Below, one piece after another: positions 8,472-14,760 of a stretch of DNA of 14,760 bases. Numbering within the stretch: position 1 is the stretch's first letter; each line of letters opens with the position of its first letter. The notes below the pieces were generated by a model. That model did no database searches. It saw nothing but the letters and a program-made list of their open reading frames with translations, and was not told the origin of the DNA. The stretch is taken from NCBI GenBank assembly GCA_041497895.1, contig JBGQHJ010000124.1, forward strand, positions 1-14,760. Direction: 5' to 3'. The position numbers and the translations under genes were made by a program. Source of the DNA: Candidatus Methylomirabilia bacterium. Its GTDB lineage: Bacteria; Methylomirabilota; Methylomirabilia; Rokubacteriales; CSP1-6.

Positions 8472-9565
8472 AGCTCGGCCTCATCTGCCGGCCGTTCTCC
8501 TTCCACGGCGGAATCGAGACCGCCACCGCCGGCCTGCTCGGCGCGCTCCAACGGCAGGGGCACGCCGTCGAGCTGATCAGCACGCGGCGGCAGCCCGACG
8601 TGCCGGGCGTACCGGTGCGGCGGGTGCCGATCCTGCGGCATCCGTCCACCCTGCGGCTGCTCTCCTTCGCGCTCGCCGCGCAGCGGGAGGCGGCGCGCCA
8701 CGGCTACGACCTGGTGCAGAGCCACGAGCGCGCGCTCCGCCAGGATCTCTACCGGGCGGGGGAGGGATGCCACCGCGCGTACCTGGCCGCGATGGGCCGG
8801 CGGCCGGGCGGCAATCCCTACCACCACCTGGTCTGCGCCCTCGAGCGCCGCATCTTCCGGCTGCGGGGCGCGCGGCACGTGGTGGCGATCTCGCGGCAGG
8901 GCAAGGCCGAGATCGAGCGCCTGTACGGCACCGAGCCGGCGGCGGTGACGCTCGTCTACAACGGCGTCGATCTCGAGCGCTTCCACCCCGACAACCGCAC
9001 GCGACACCGCAAGCGCACGCGCGAGGCGCTCGGCATCCCCGACGAGGCGTGGGCGGTGCTCTTCGTGGGATCGGGATTCGAGCGCAAGGGCCTGGGCCCG
9101 CTGCTGGAAGGCTTCGCGCGCCTGCCCGATCCGGGGCGGCGCCTCGTGGTGGCCGGCAAGGGCGACGTCGCGCGCTACCGGCGCGTGGCCGCGGCGCTCG
9201 GGGTCGACGGTCGCGTCGTCTGGACCGGCCCCACGCCCGACGTGGAGCGCCTCTACGCAGCGGCGGACGCGGTGGCGCTACCCGCGCTCTACGAGCCGTT
9301 CGGCAACGTGCACCTGGAAGCGCTCGCCGCCGGGGTGCCCGTCCTCACCAGCGCGCGCGCCGGCGGCTCGGAGATCGTGCGCCCGGGCGACAACGGCTAC
9401 GTGGTCGACGAGGTCGCGGCCGATCCGATCGCCCGCGGGCTCGCCGCCCTCCGCGACGCGCCGGCCGGCGGGTGGAGCGCGCCCGCCCGCGCGGCGGTCG
9501 AGGGCTTCACCTACGCGGCGCAGGCCCTAGCCTTCACCGCGATCTACGAGCGTCTGCGCCGCTGA
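8468..9565 (+). CDS. GT4 glycosyltransferase, WaaG/WabG-like LPS core hexosyl/hexuronosyltransferase
   Basis: C-terminal part of the 7343..9565 ORF. ATG 8468 in an ATGA overlap. Motifs GGIE, QSHER, YRAGEGCH, YNGVD, FVGSGFERKGL, YEPFGNVHLEA. Confidence 0.88.
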   Translation: MKLGLICRPFSFHGGIETATAGLLGALQRQGHAVELISTRRQPDVPGVPVRRVPILRHPSTLRLLSFALAAQREAARHGYDLVQSHERALRQDLYRAGEGCHRAYLAAMGRRPGGNPYHHLVCALERRIFRLRGARHVVAISRQGKAEIERLYGTEPAAVTLVYNGVDLERFHPDNRTRHRKRTREALGIPDEAWAVLFVGSGFERKGLGPLLEGFARLPDPGRRLVVAGKGDVARYRRVAAALGVDGRVVWTGPTPDVERLYAAADAVALPALYEPFGNVHLEALAAGVPVLTSARAGGSEIVRPGDNGYVVDEVAADPIARGLAALRDAPAGGWSAPARAAVEGFTYAAQALAFTAIYERLRR

Positions 9566-9603
9566 CCGATCACGCGGGCGTCGCGCCAAACTCCCGATTT
9601 TCA

Positions 9604-9633
9604 TTGATCATTCGGGGGAACGGGCATTACACT
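9604..9633 (+). promoter_or_regulatory. Putative sigma70-type internal promoter upstream of gmhB
   Basis: Only sizeable intergenic gap in the cluster (9566-9641), AT-enriched. TTGATC (9604-9609), 18-nt spacer, TACACT (9628-9633). Confidence 0.6.
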
Positions 9634-9641
9634 GCGAGTCA

Positions 9642-10274
9642 ATGTCGTTCGATCGCCGCGCGCCACGCCCCGCCGTCTTCATGGACCGGGACGGCTGCCT
9701 CACCGAGGAGGTGGGGTACGTCAACCACCCGACCCGGATCCGCCTCCTGCCGCGCACCGCGGAGGCGGTGCGTCGCCTGAACCAGGCCGGGGTTCCCGCG
9801 GTGATGGTCACCAACCAGACCGGCATCGCGCGCGGCTACTTCTCGGAAGAGACCCTGCACGCGACCAACGCGCGGATGCAGGAGCAGCTGCGCGCGGCGG
9901 GGGCGCGGCTCGACGGCGTGTACGTGTGCATGCACCATCCGAGCGAGGGCCTACCGCCGTACCGCGCCGATTGCGACTGTCGCAAGCCGCGGCCGGGCCT
10001 GCTGCGCCGGGCGGCGGCCGACCTCGGCCTCGACCTGCCCGGCTCGGTGATGATCGGCGACAAGCTCTCCGACGTCACCGTCGGGCACGCGGTCGGTGCG
10101 GCGGGCGTGCTCGTGCTCACCGGCTACGGGCGCGGCGAGTGGGAATACCAGCGCGACGGTCGGAGCGGGGGGCGGAGCGTGGGGCGGGACGTGAAGCCGG
10201 ACCACGTGGCCGAGGATCTGCTCGACGCGGTGGAGTGGGCGCTCGCCCGCGCCGCGACGGCGGCCGGGGCCTGA
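9642..10274 (+). CDS. gmhB: D-glycero-D-manno-heptose 1,7-bisphosphate phosphatase (HAD IIIA)
   Basis: FMDRDG (HAD motif I), VTNQTGIARG, Zn-type CxH...CxC followed by RKPRPG, and MIGD. Lies beside the heptose kinase and nucleotidyltransferase. Confidence 0.92.
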   Translation: MSFDRRAPRPAVFMDRDGCLTEEVGYVNHPTRIRLLPRTAEAVRRLNQAGVPAVMVTNQTGIARGYFSEETLHATNARMQEQLRAAGARLDGVYVCMHHPSEGLPPYRADCDCRKPRPGLLRRAAADLGLDLPGSVMIGDKLSDVTVGHAVGAAGVLVLTGYGRGEWEYQRDGRSGGRSVGRDVKPDHVAEDLLDAVEWALARAATAAGA

Positions 10275-10275
10275 C

Positions 10276-11292
10276 GTGTTTCCGCTCAAGCGGCTCCAGG
10301 ACGCGCTGCCGCGGCTCGCGGGCCGCCGCGTGGTGGTGGTGGGCGACCTCATCGCCGACGAGTACCTCTACGGCAAGCCGGCCCGCATCTCCCGCGAGGC
10401 GCCGGTCCTCATCCTGCGCTTCACCGATCGCGAGGTGCGGCTGGGCGGCGCGGCCAACGCGGCCCACAACGTCCACGCGCTCGGCGCCGCCGTGCTGCCG
10501 GTGGGTCTGCTCGGACAGGACGCAGCGGGCGATGAGGTCCACGCGCTCTTCCGCCAGGCGGGCATGAGCACGGACGGAATCTCCCGCGAGCCGGGGCGAC
10601 CGACGCCGGTCAAGACGCGCATCATGGCCGGCGGCTACCAGGCCACCCGGCAGCAGGTGGTGCGCCTCGACCGCGAGCCGGAGGGCGGCATCGCGGGCCC
10701 CGCCGAGGCGCGCCTGATCGACGGGCTCCGCGCGGTGGGCGCCCGCGCCGACGGCTTCCTCGTCTCCGACTACGGCTACGGCGCCGTGACCCCGCGGGTC
10801 TACGAGACGGTGCTCGAGCTGGCCCGCGCGCGCGGGGCGCCGGTGACGGTCGACAGCCGCTACGAGCTGCCGCGCTTCCGCGGCGCCACCGCGGCCACCC
10901 CGAACGAGCCCGAGGTGGAAGCGCTCACCGGCCAGGAGCTGACCGACGAGGCGGCGGTCGAGAAGGCGGGGCGCGTGGTGCTCGAGCGGCTCGACGCGCG
11001 GCTCCTGCTCCTCACGCGCGGCAGCCGGGGAATGGCCCTCTTCGAGCGGGAGGGCCCGGTCACGTTCATGCCGATCCACGGCAGCGACGAGATCGCGGAC
11101 GTCACCGGGGCGGGCGACACCGTGATCAGCACGTTCACGGTGGCCCTCGCCGCCGGGACCGCGCCCGGCGAGGCGGCGTGGCTCGCCAACGTGGCGGGAG
11201 GCGTGGTGGTCATGAAGCGCGGCACCGCCACCGTGAGCGTCCCGGAGCTGGCGGCCGCGCTCGCGAGCGATGGCGGCCGTCGTCGGCGTTGA
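10276..11292 (+). CDS. rfaE1: D-glycero-beta-D-manno-heptose-7-phosphate kinase (stand-alone HldE domain I, PfkB family)
   Basis: [64 protein letters not shown]. Confidence 0.92.
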   Translation: MFPLKRLQDALPRLAGRRVVVVGDLIADEYLYGKPARISREAPVLILRFTDREVRLGGAANAAHNVHALGAAVLPVGLLGQDAAGDEVHALFRQAGMSTDGISREPGRPTPVKTRIMAGGYQATRQQVVRLDREPEGGIAGPAEARLIDGLRAVGARADGFLVSDYGYGAVTPRVYETVLELARARGAPVTVDSRYELPRFRGATAATPNEPEVEALTGQELTDEAAVEKAGRVVLERLDARLLLLTRGSRGMALFEREGPVTFMPIHGSDEIADVTGAGDTVISTFTVALAAGTAPGEAAWLANVAGGVVVMKRGTATVSVPELAAALASDGGRRRR

Positions 11293-11758
11293 CGAGGCGG
11301 GCCGGCTCGCCGCCGCCTGGCGCGCCCAGGGCAAGCGCCTGGTCCTCGCCAACGGCTGCTTCGATCTCCTGCACGTGGGCCACGTGCGCTACCTGCAGGG
11401 CGCCCGCGCCCTCGGCGACGCGCTCGTGGTCGGCCTCAACTCGGACGCCTCCGTCCGACGCCTCAAGGGCGCGGGCCGCCCGGTGATGCCGGCGGCGGAG
11501 CGCGCGGAGCTGGTGGCCGCGGTGAGCGGCGTCGACCTCGTCGTGGTCTTCGAGGAGGACAGCGCGGACGCTCTCATCGCGCGCCTCCGGCCCGACGTGC
11601 ACGCCAAGGGCACCGACTACACCCCCCAGAGCGTGCCCGAGCGCGCCACCGTGGCCGCGGTCGGCGCCACCGTGGCCATCGCGGGCGACCCGAAGAGCCA
11701 CTCGACCCGGGACCTGATCGCGACCATCCTGACCCGCTTCGGCCAGACGCCGCGGTGA
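11270..11758 (+). CDS. rfaE2: D-glycero-beta-D-manno-heptose-1-phosphate adenylyltransferase (stand-alone HldE domain II)
   Basis: [16 protein letters not shown] (HxGH), VGLNSDASV, KGxGRP, KGTDY, HSTRDLI. Overlaps the kinase gene by 23 nt in a different frame. Confidence 0.92.
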   Translation: MAAVVGVDEAGRLAAAWRAQGKRLVLANGCFDLLHVGHVRYLQGARALGDALVVGLNSDASVRRLKGAGRPVMPAAERAELVAAVSGVDLVVVFEEDSADALIARLRPDVHAKGTDYTPQSVPERATVAAVGATVAIAGDPKSHSTRDLIATILTRFGQTPR

Positions 11759-11768
11759 GCGGGGCGCG

Positions 11769-12845
11769 ATGACGACGACGGGGGAGAGCCGGGGGGGGGC
11801 CGGACGCATCTCGGGCCCCGCGCTCCTGAAGATCGCGATCGTGAAGCTGTCCTCGCTGGGCGACGTCATCCACGCGCTGCCGGTGGCACGCGCGCTGCGC
11901 CGGGCGCGGCCCGGTCTGCACCTCACCTGGATCGTGGAGGCGCGCGAGTACGCGCTGCTCAACGGCCACCCGGACCTGGACGTGGTGGTGCCGGTCGACA
12001 CCCGACTCTGGCGGCGGCTCATCCGGCGGCCGGCCGGAGTCAGCCAGGTCCTGGGCAAGCTGCGGCGGCTCAAGCATCGGATCCGCGCGGCCCGGTTCGA
12101 CGTGGCCATCGACCTGCAGGGACTGATGAAGAGCGGGCTACTCACCGCCTACACCGGCGCGCCGCTCCGCATCGGCTTCACCGCCGATCGGTGCCGCGAG
12201 CGCCTCAACTGTCTCTTCACCAACCGGCGCGTGCGCCCGCCCGCGAGGGCGGTGCACGTGGTGGACCAGTACCTGTCGCTGCTCGAGCCGCTCGGCGTCG
12301 CCCCCGGCCCGGTCGAGTTCCACGTGCCGCTCCCCGCCGCGGCCGAGCGGCGGATGGAGGACTTCCTGGGCGAGCAGGGCGTGAAGAGCCGCGACTGCCT
12401 GGTCGCGATCAACCCGGGGGCCGGGCGCGCCGACAAGCAGTGGCCGGTGGAGCACTTCCGGGCGCTGGCCGATCGGCTGGCCCAGGAGCCGAGCGCGCGC
12501 ATCCTGCTGCTGTGGGGCCCGGACGAGGTCCACATGGCCCGGCAGATCCGGGACGGCCTGCAGGCCCGCGCCATCCTGGCGCCTCCCACCGACCTGCACG
12601 AGCTGGGAGCGCTGCTGCGCCGCTCCGCGCTGATGGTGGCCAACGACACCGGCCCGCTGCACCTGGCCGCCGCCCTCGGCACGCCGAGCCTCGGCCTCTA
12701 CGGCCCGACCCGGGCCGAGCGCAACGGCCCCTACGGTCCGTACTGTCGCGGCGTGCAGAGTCCCGACGGCACCATGGTCGGGCTCCGGCCGAAGGTCGCG
12801 GTCGAGGCCGCCCGGGCGCTCCTCGCGGCGCGGAGCGCCCCGTGA
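11769..12845 (+). CDS. waaC: ADP-heptose:LPS heptosyltransferase I, GT9
   Basis: IVKLSSLGDVIHALP, IDLQGLMKSG, KQWP, LLWG, NDTGPLHLAAA, LYGPT, RNGPY. Start uncertain: the conserved domain begins near 11826. Confidence 0.88.
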   Translation: MTTTGESRGGAGRISGPALLKIAIVKLSSLGDVIHALPVARALRRARPGLHLTWIVEAREYALLNGHPDLDVVVPVDTRLWRRLIRRPAGVSQVLGKLRRLKHRIRAARFDVAIDLQGLMKSGLLTAYTGAPLRIGFTADRCRERLNCLFTNRRVRPPARAVHVVDQYLSLLEPLGVAPGPVEFHVPLPAAAERRMEDFLGEQGVKSRDCLVAINPGAGRADKQWPVEHFRALADRLAQEPSARILLLWGPDEVHMARQIRDGLQARAILAPPTDLHELGALLRRSALMVANDTGPLHLAAALGTPSLGLYGPTRAERNGPYGPYCRGVQSPDGTMVGLRPKVAVEAARALLAARSAP

Positions 12846-13606
12846 GCCGCCTCACCGTGACCGTCATCGCGTGGAACGAGGAGGAGCGGCTGCGGGCCTG
12901 TCTCGAGAGCGTGGCGTGGGCCGACGAGATCGTGGTGGTCGACGCGGAGTCCGCCGACAAGACGGTGCAGATCGCGCGCGAGTTCACCGACAAGGTGTCG
13001 GTGCGGGTGTGGCCCGGCTTCGCGATCCAGAAGAACTTCGCGATCGAGCAGGCGACCGGGGACTGGATCCTCTCCCTCGACGCCGACGAGCGGGTGACCC
13101 CGGAGCTGCGCGGGCGCATCCGCGCCGTCCTCGCGGAGGACGGGCCCGCCGACGGCTACGCGATCCCGCGCCGCAACATCTTCTGGGGCGCGTGGGTGCG
13201 CCACGGCGGGCTCTACCCCGACTACCAGCTGCGCCTCTTCCGGCGGCACGCGGGGCGCTTCGTGGAGAACGCGGTGCACGAGTCGGTCACGGTGGCGGGG
13301 CGGGTGGACACGCTGGCCGAGCCGCTGCTCCACCACTCCTATCGCGACCTCGAGGACTTCGTGCGCCGCTCCAACCGCTACTCGACGCTCTCCGCGCAGG
13401 ACTGGATCCGGCGGGGGAAGCGGGCGGGGTTGCTGGGCCTCGTGACTCGTCCGCTGGGCCGCTTCTTTTCCATGTACATTGTTCACCGGGGCTTCCTGGA
13501 CGGCTGGCGGGGGTTCGTGCTGGCCGTCCTGTACGCCGAGTACGTGTTCCTGCGCATGGCCAAGGCGTGGGAGACGCAGCGGGAACCGAGACCGGGAGGG
13601 GAGTGA
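12842..13606 (+). CDS. GT2 glycosyltransferase, WaaE/KdtX-like LPS core beta-glucosyltransferase family
   Basis: C-terminal part of the 12191..13606 ORF. GTG 12842 overlaps the waaC stop. Motifs IAWNEE, DEIVVVD, QKNFA, LDADE (DxD), YPDYQLRLFR, VHE, GFLDG. Confidence 0.9.
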   Translation: MSRLTVTVIAWNEEERLRACLESVAWADEIVVVDAESADKTVQIAREFTDKVSVRVWPGFAIQKNFAIEQATGDWILSLDADERVTPELRGRIRAVLAEDGPADGYAIPRRNIFWGAWVRHGGLYPDYQLRLFRRHAGRFVENAVHESVTVAGRVDTLAEPLLHHSYRDLEDFVRRSNRYSTLSAQDWIRRGKRAGLLGLVTRPLGRFFSMYIVHRGFLDGWRGFVLAVLYAEYVFLRMAKAWETQREPRPGGE

Positions 13607-13616
13607 CGACGGGATC

Positions 13617-14609
13617 ATGACGCCATCGCGGGACCGCGTGCTGTCGGGAATGCGGCCGTCCGGCCAGCTCCACCTCGGGAACTACCTGGGGGCGCTCGAG
13701 AACTGGGTCAAGCTCCAGGACCAGTTCGAGTGCTTCTACTTCGTGGCCAACTGGCACGTGCTGACCACCAACCCGGGGGACATCCAGAACGTGCCCGGCG
13801 ACACCATCGAGATGGGGGCCGACTGGCTCGGGGCCGGGCTCGACCCGGAGCGGTCGACGCTCTTCATCCAGTCGCTGGTGCCGGAGCACGCGGAGCTGCA
13901 CCTGCTCTTCTCGATGGCCACCCCGGTGGCCTGGCTCGAGCGGGTCCCGACCTACAAGGAGATGGTGGAGCAGCTCGGCATCGAGTCGCCGTCCTACGGC
14001 CTGCTCGGCTACCCGTTGCTCCAGTCCGCCGACATCCTGATGTACAAGGCCCAGTGGGTGCCGGTGGGCGCCGACCAGGTGCCGCACATCGAGCTGACCC
14101 GCGAGGTGGCGCGCCGCTTCAACCACACCTGGAAAGCCGTGTTCCCTGAGCCGCAGGCCAAGCTGACCCAGATCCCGAAGGTGCCGGGCACGGACGGACG
14201 GAAGATGTCGAAGTCCTACGGCAACGCGATCTACCTCTCCGACACCACCGAGGAGATCACCGCCAAGATCAAGCCGATGGTCACGGATCCCGCGCGCAAG
14301 CGCCGCTCCGATCCCGGCGACCCGGATATCTGCCCGGTCTTCGACCTGCACCGGATCTTCACGCCCGACGCGGACCGCGAGGCCTGCGCGACCGGGTGCC
14401 GCACCGCCGCCATCGGCTGCCTCGACTGCAAGGGCGTGCTGCTCGAGCACATGCTGCCGCCGCTGGCCAAGATCCGGGAGCGCCGCCAGCGCTTCGTCGA
14501 GAAGCCCCAGGCGATCGTCGAGATCCTGCACGAAGGCTCCAAGCGCGCCCGCCGCGTCGCCCAGCAAACCATGGAAGAAGTCCACGACGCGGTAAGGCTA
14601 GAACCATGA
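13617..14609 (+). CDS. trpS: Tryptophan--tRNA ligase
   Basis: SGMRPSGQLHLGNY (HIGH-like), YPLLQSADIL, VPVGADQ, KMSKSYGN. Start reassigned from 13479 to ATG 13617, just after the GT2 stop. Confidence 0.97.
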   Translation: MTPSRDRVLSGMRPSGQLHLGNYLGALENWVKLQDQFECFYFVANWHVLTTNPGDIQNVPGDTIEMGADWLGAGLDPERSTLFIQSLVPEHAELHLLFSMATPVAWLERVPTYKEMVEQLGIESPSYGLLGYPLLQSADILMYKAQWVPVGADQVPHIELTREVARRFNHTWKAVFPEPQAKLTQIPKVPGTDGRKMSKSYGNAIYLSDTTEEITAKIKPMVTDPARKRRSDPGDPDICPVFDLHRIFTPDADREACATGCRTAAIGCLDCKGVLLEHMLPPLAKIRERRQRFVEKPQAIVEILHEGSKRARRVAQQTMEEVHDAVRLEP

Positions 14610-14635
14610 CGATGGTCAGCGCCGGAACGAGTGTC

Positions 14636-14665
14636 CGCCGGCAGACGCAATGCCGGCGTGTTTCT
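14636..14665 (+). terminator. Candidate intrinsic terminator downstream of trpS
   Basis: Perfect 8-bp inverted repeat CGCCGGCA (14636-14643) / TGCCGGCG (14651-14658) with a 7-nt loop, followed by TGTTTCT. The U-tract is interrupted. Confidence 0.4.
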
Positions 14666-14687
14666 CCGGTTGTCCGTCGACTGGGGG

Positions 14688-14718
14688 AGTGCGGGGGCCC
14701 TTTGTGGGGCCCCGCATT
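14688..14718. repeat. GC-rich inverted repeat (terminator-like or REP-like hairpin)
   Basis: TGCGGGGGCCC (14690-14700) pairs with GGGCCCCGCA (14707-14716) with one bulged G. It is followed by TTT. Confidence 0.5.
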
Positions 14719-14760
14719 TGACAAATGTGCGCGGCCGGGACGACCACCCCAGGGGGCCTC

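Noticed and set aside
9604..9617. TTGAT as half of an FNR/CRP-type box
   Set aside because: The second half-site (ATCAA) is absent at the required spacing.
11270..11292. Programmed frameshift or pseudogenised bifunctional hldE
   Set aside because: Both halves are complete, rfaE2 has its own ATG, no slippery heptamer is evident, and split genes are an established arrangement.
13607..13616. T-box or Trp attenuator upstream of trpS
   Set aside because: The gap is only 10 nt, no T-box consensus was seen, and the bridging mini-ORF has no Trp codon.
14718..14750. TTGACA as a sigma70 -35 element
   Set aside because: There is no -10-like hexamer at 16-18 nt spacing (CGACCA region), so it is not called as a promoter.
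14606..14760. Open frame starting at the ATGA overlap with the trpS stop and running off the window (MTMVSAGTSVRRQ...)
   Set aside because: Codon usage is unlike the real genes (many A/T-ending codons), no motif is recognisable, and the region is occupied by hairpins. It cannot be fully excluded without downstream sequence.
1..14760. CRISPR array, tRNA/rRNA genes, transposase/integrase or defence system
   Set aside because: The window is almost entirely filled by recognisable LPS genes and trpS. No spaced direct repeats, RNA gene signatures or mobile-element motifs were seen.

Overview
A very GC-rich bacterial window. All credible genes are on the + strand and form a tightly packed lipopolysaccharide (lipid A / Kdo / heptose / core) biosynthesis cluster followed by trpS. 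Gene order: 5'-truncated DUF374 (LpxJ-like) acyltransferase, waaA, lpxK, waaF, five tandem GT4 glycosyltransferases, a 76-nt intergenic gap with a likely internal promoter, gmhB, split heptose kinase (hldA/rfaE1) and adenylyltransferase (hldC/rfaE2), waaC, a GT2 (WaaE/KdtX-like) glycosyltransferase, trpS, and a hairpin-rich non-coding tail. Most junctions are 4-nt (A/G)TGA stop/start overlaps, so several true starts lie far downstream of those in the ORF track. This is a core-genome envelope locus of a diderm bacterium. I see no mobile element, CRISPR array or RNA gene, and no clearly new system. The most notable details are a TrpRS with a candidate [4Fe-4S] four-Cys motif, two identical-geometry 5-codon 'bridge' mini-ORFs at the 10-nt gaps, a G9 tract at the 5' end of waaC, a possibly leaderless gmhB promoter, and GT4 paralogues with divergent EX7E motifs. 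All product calls come from motif recognition, not database searches.
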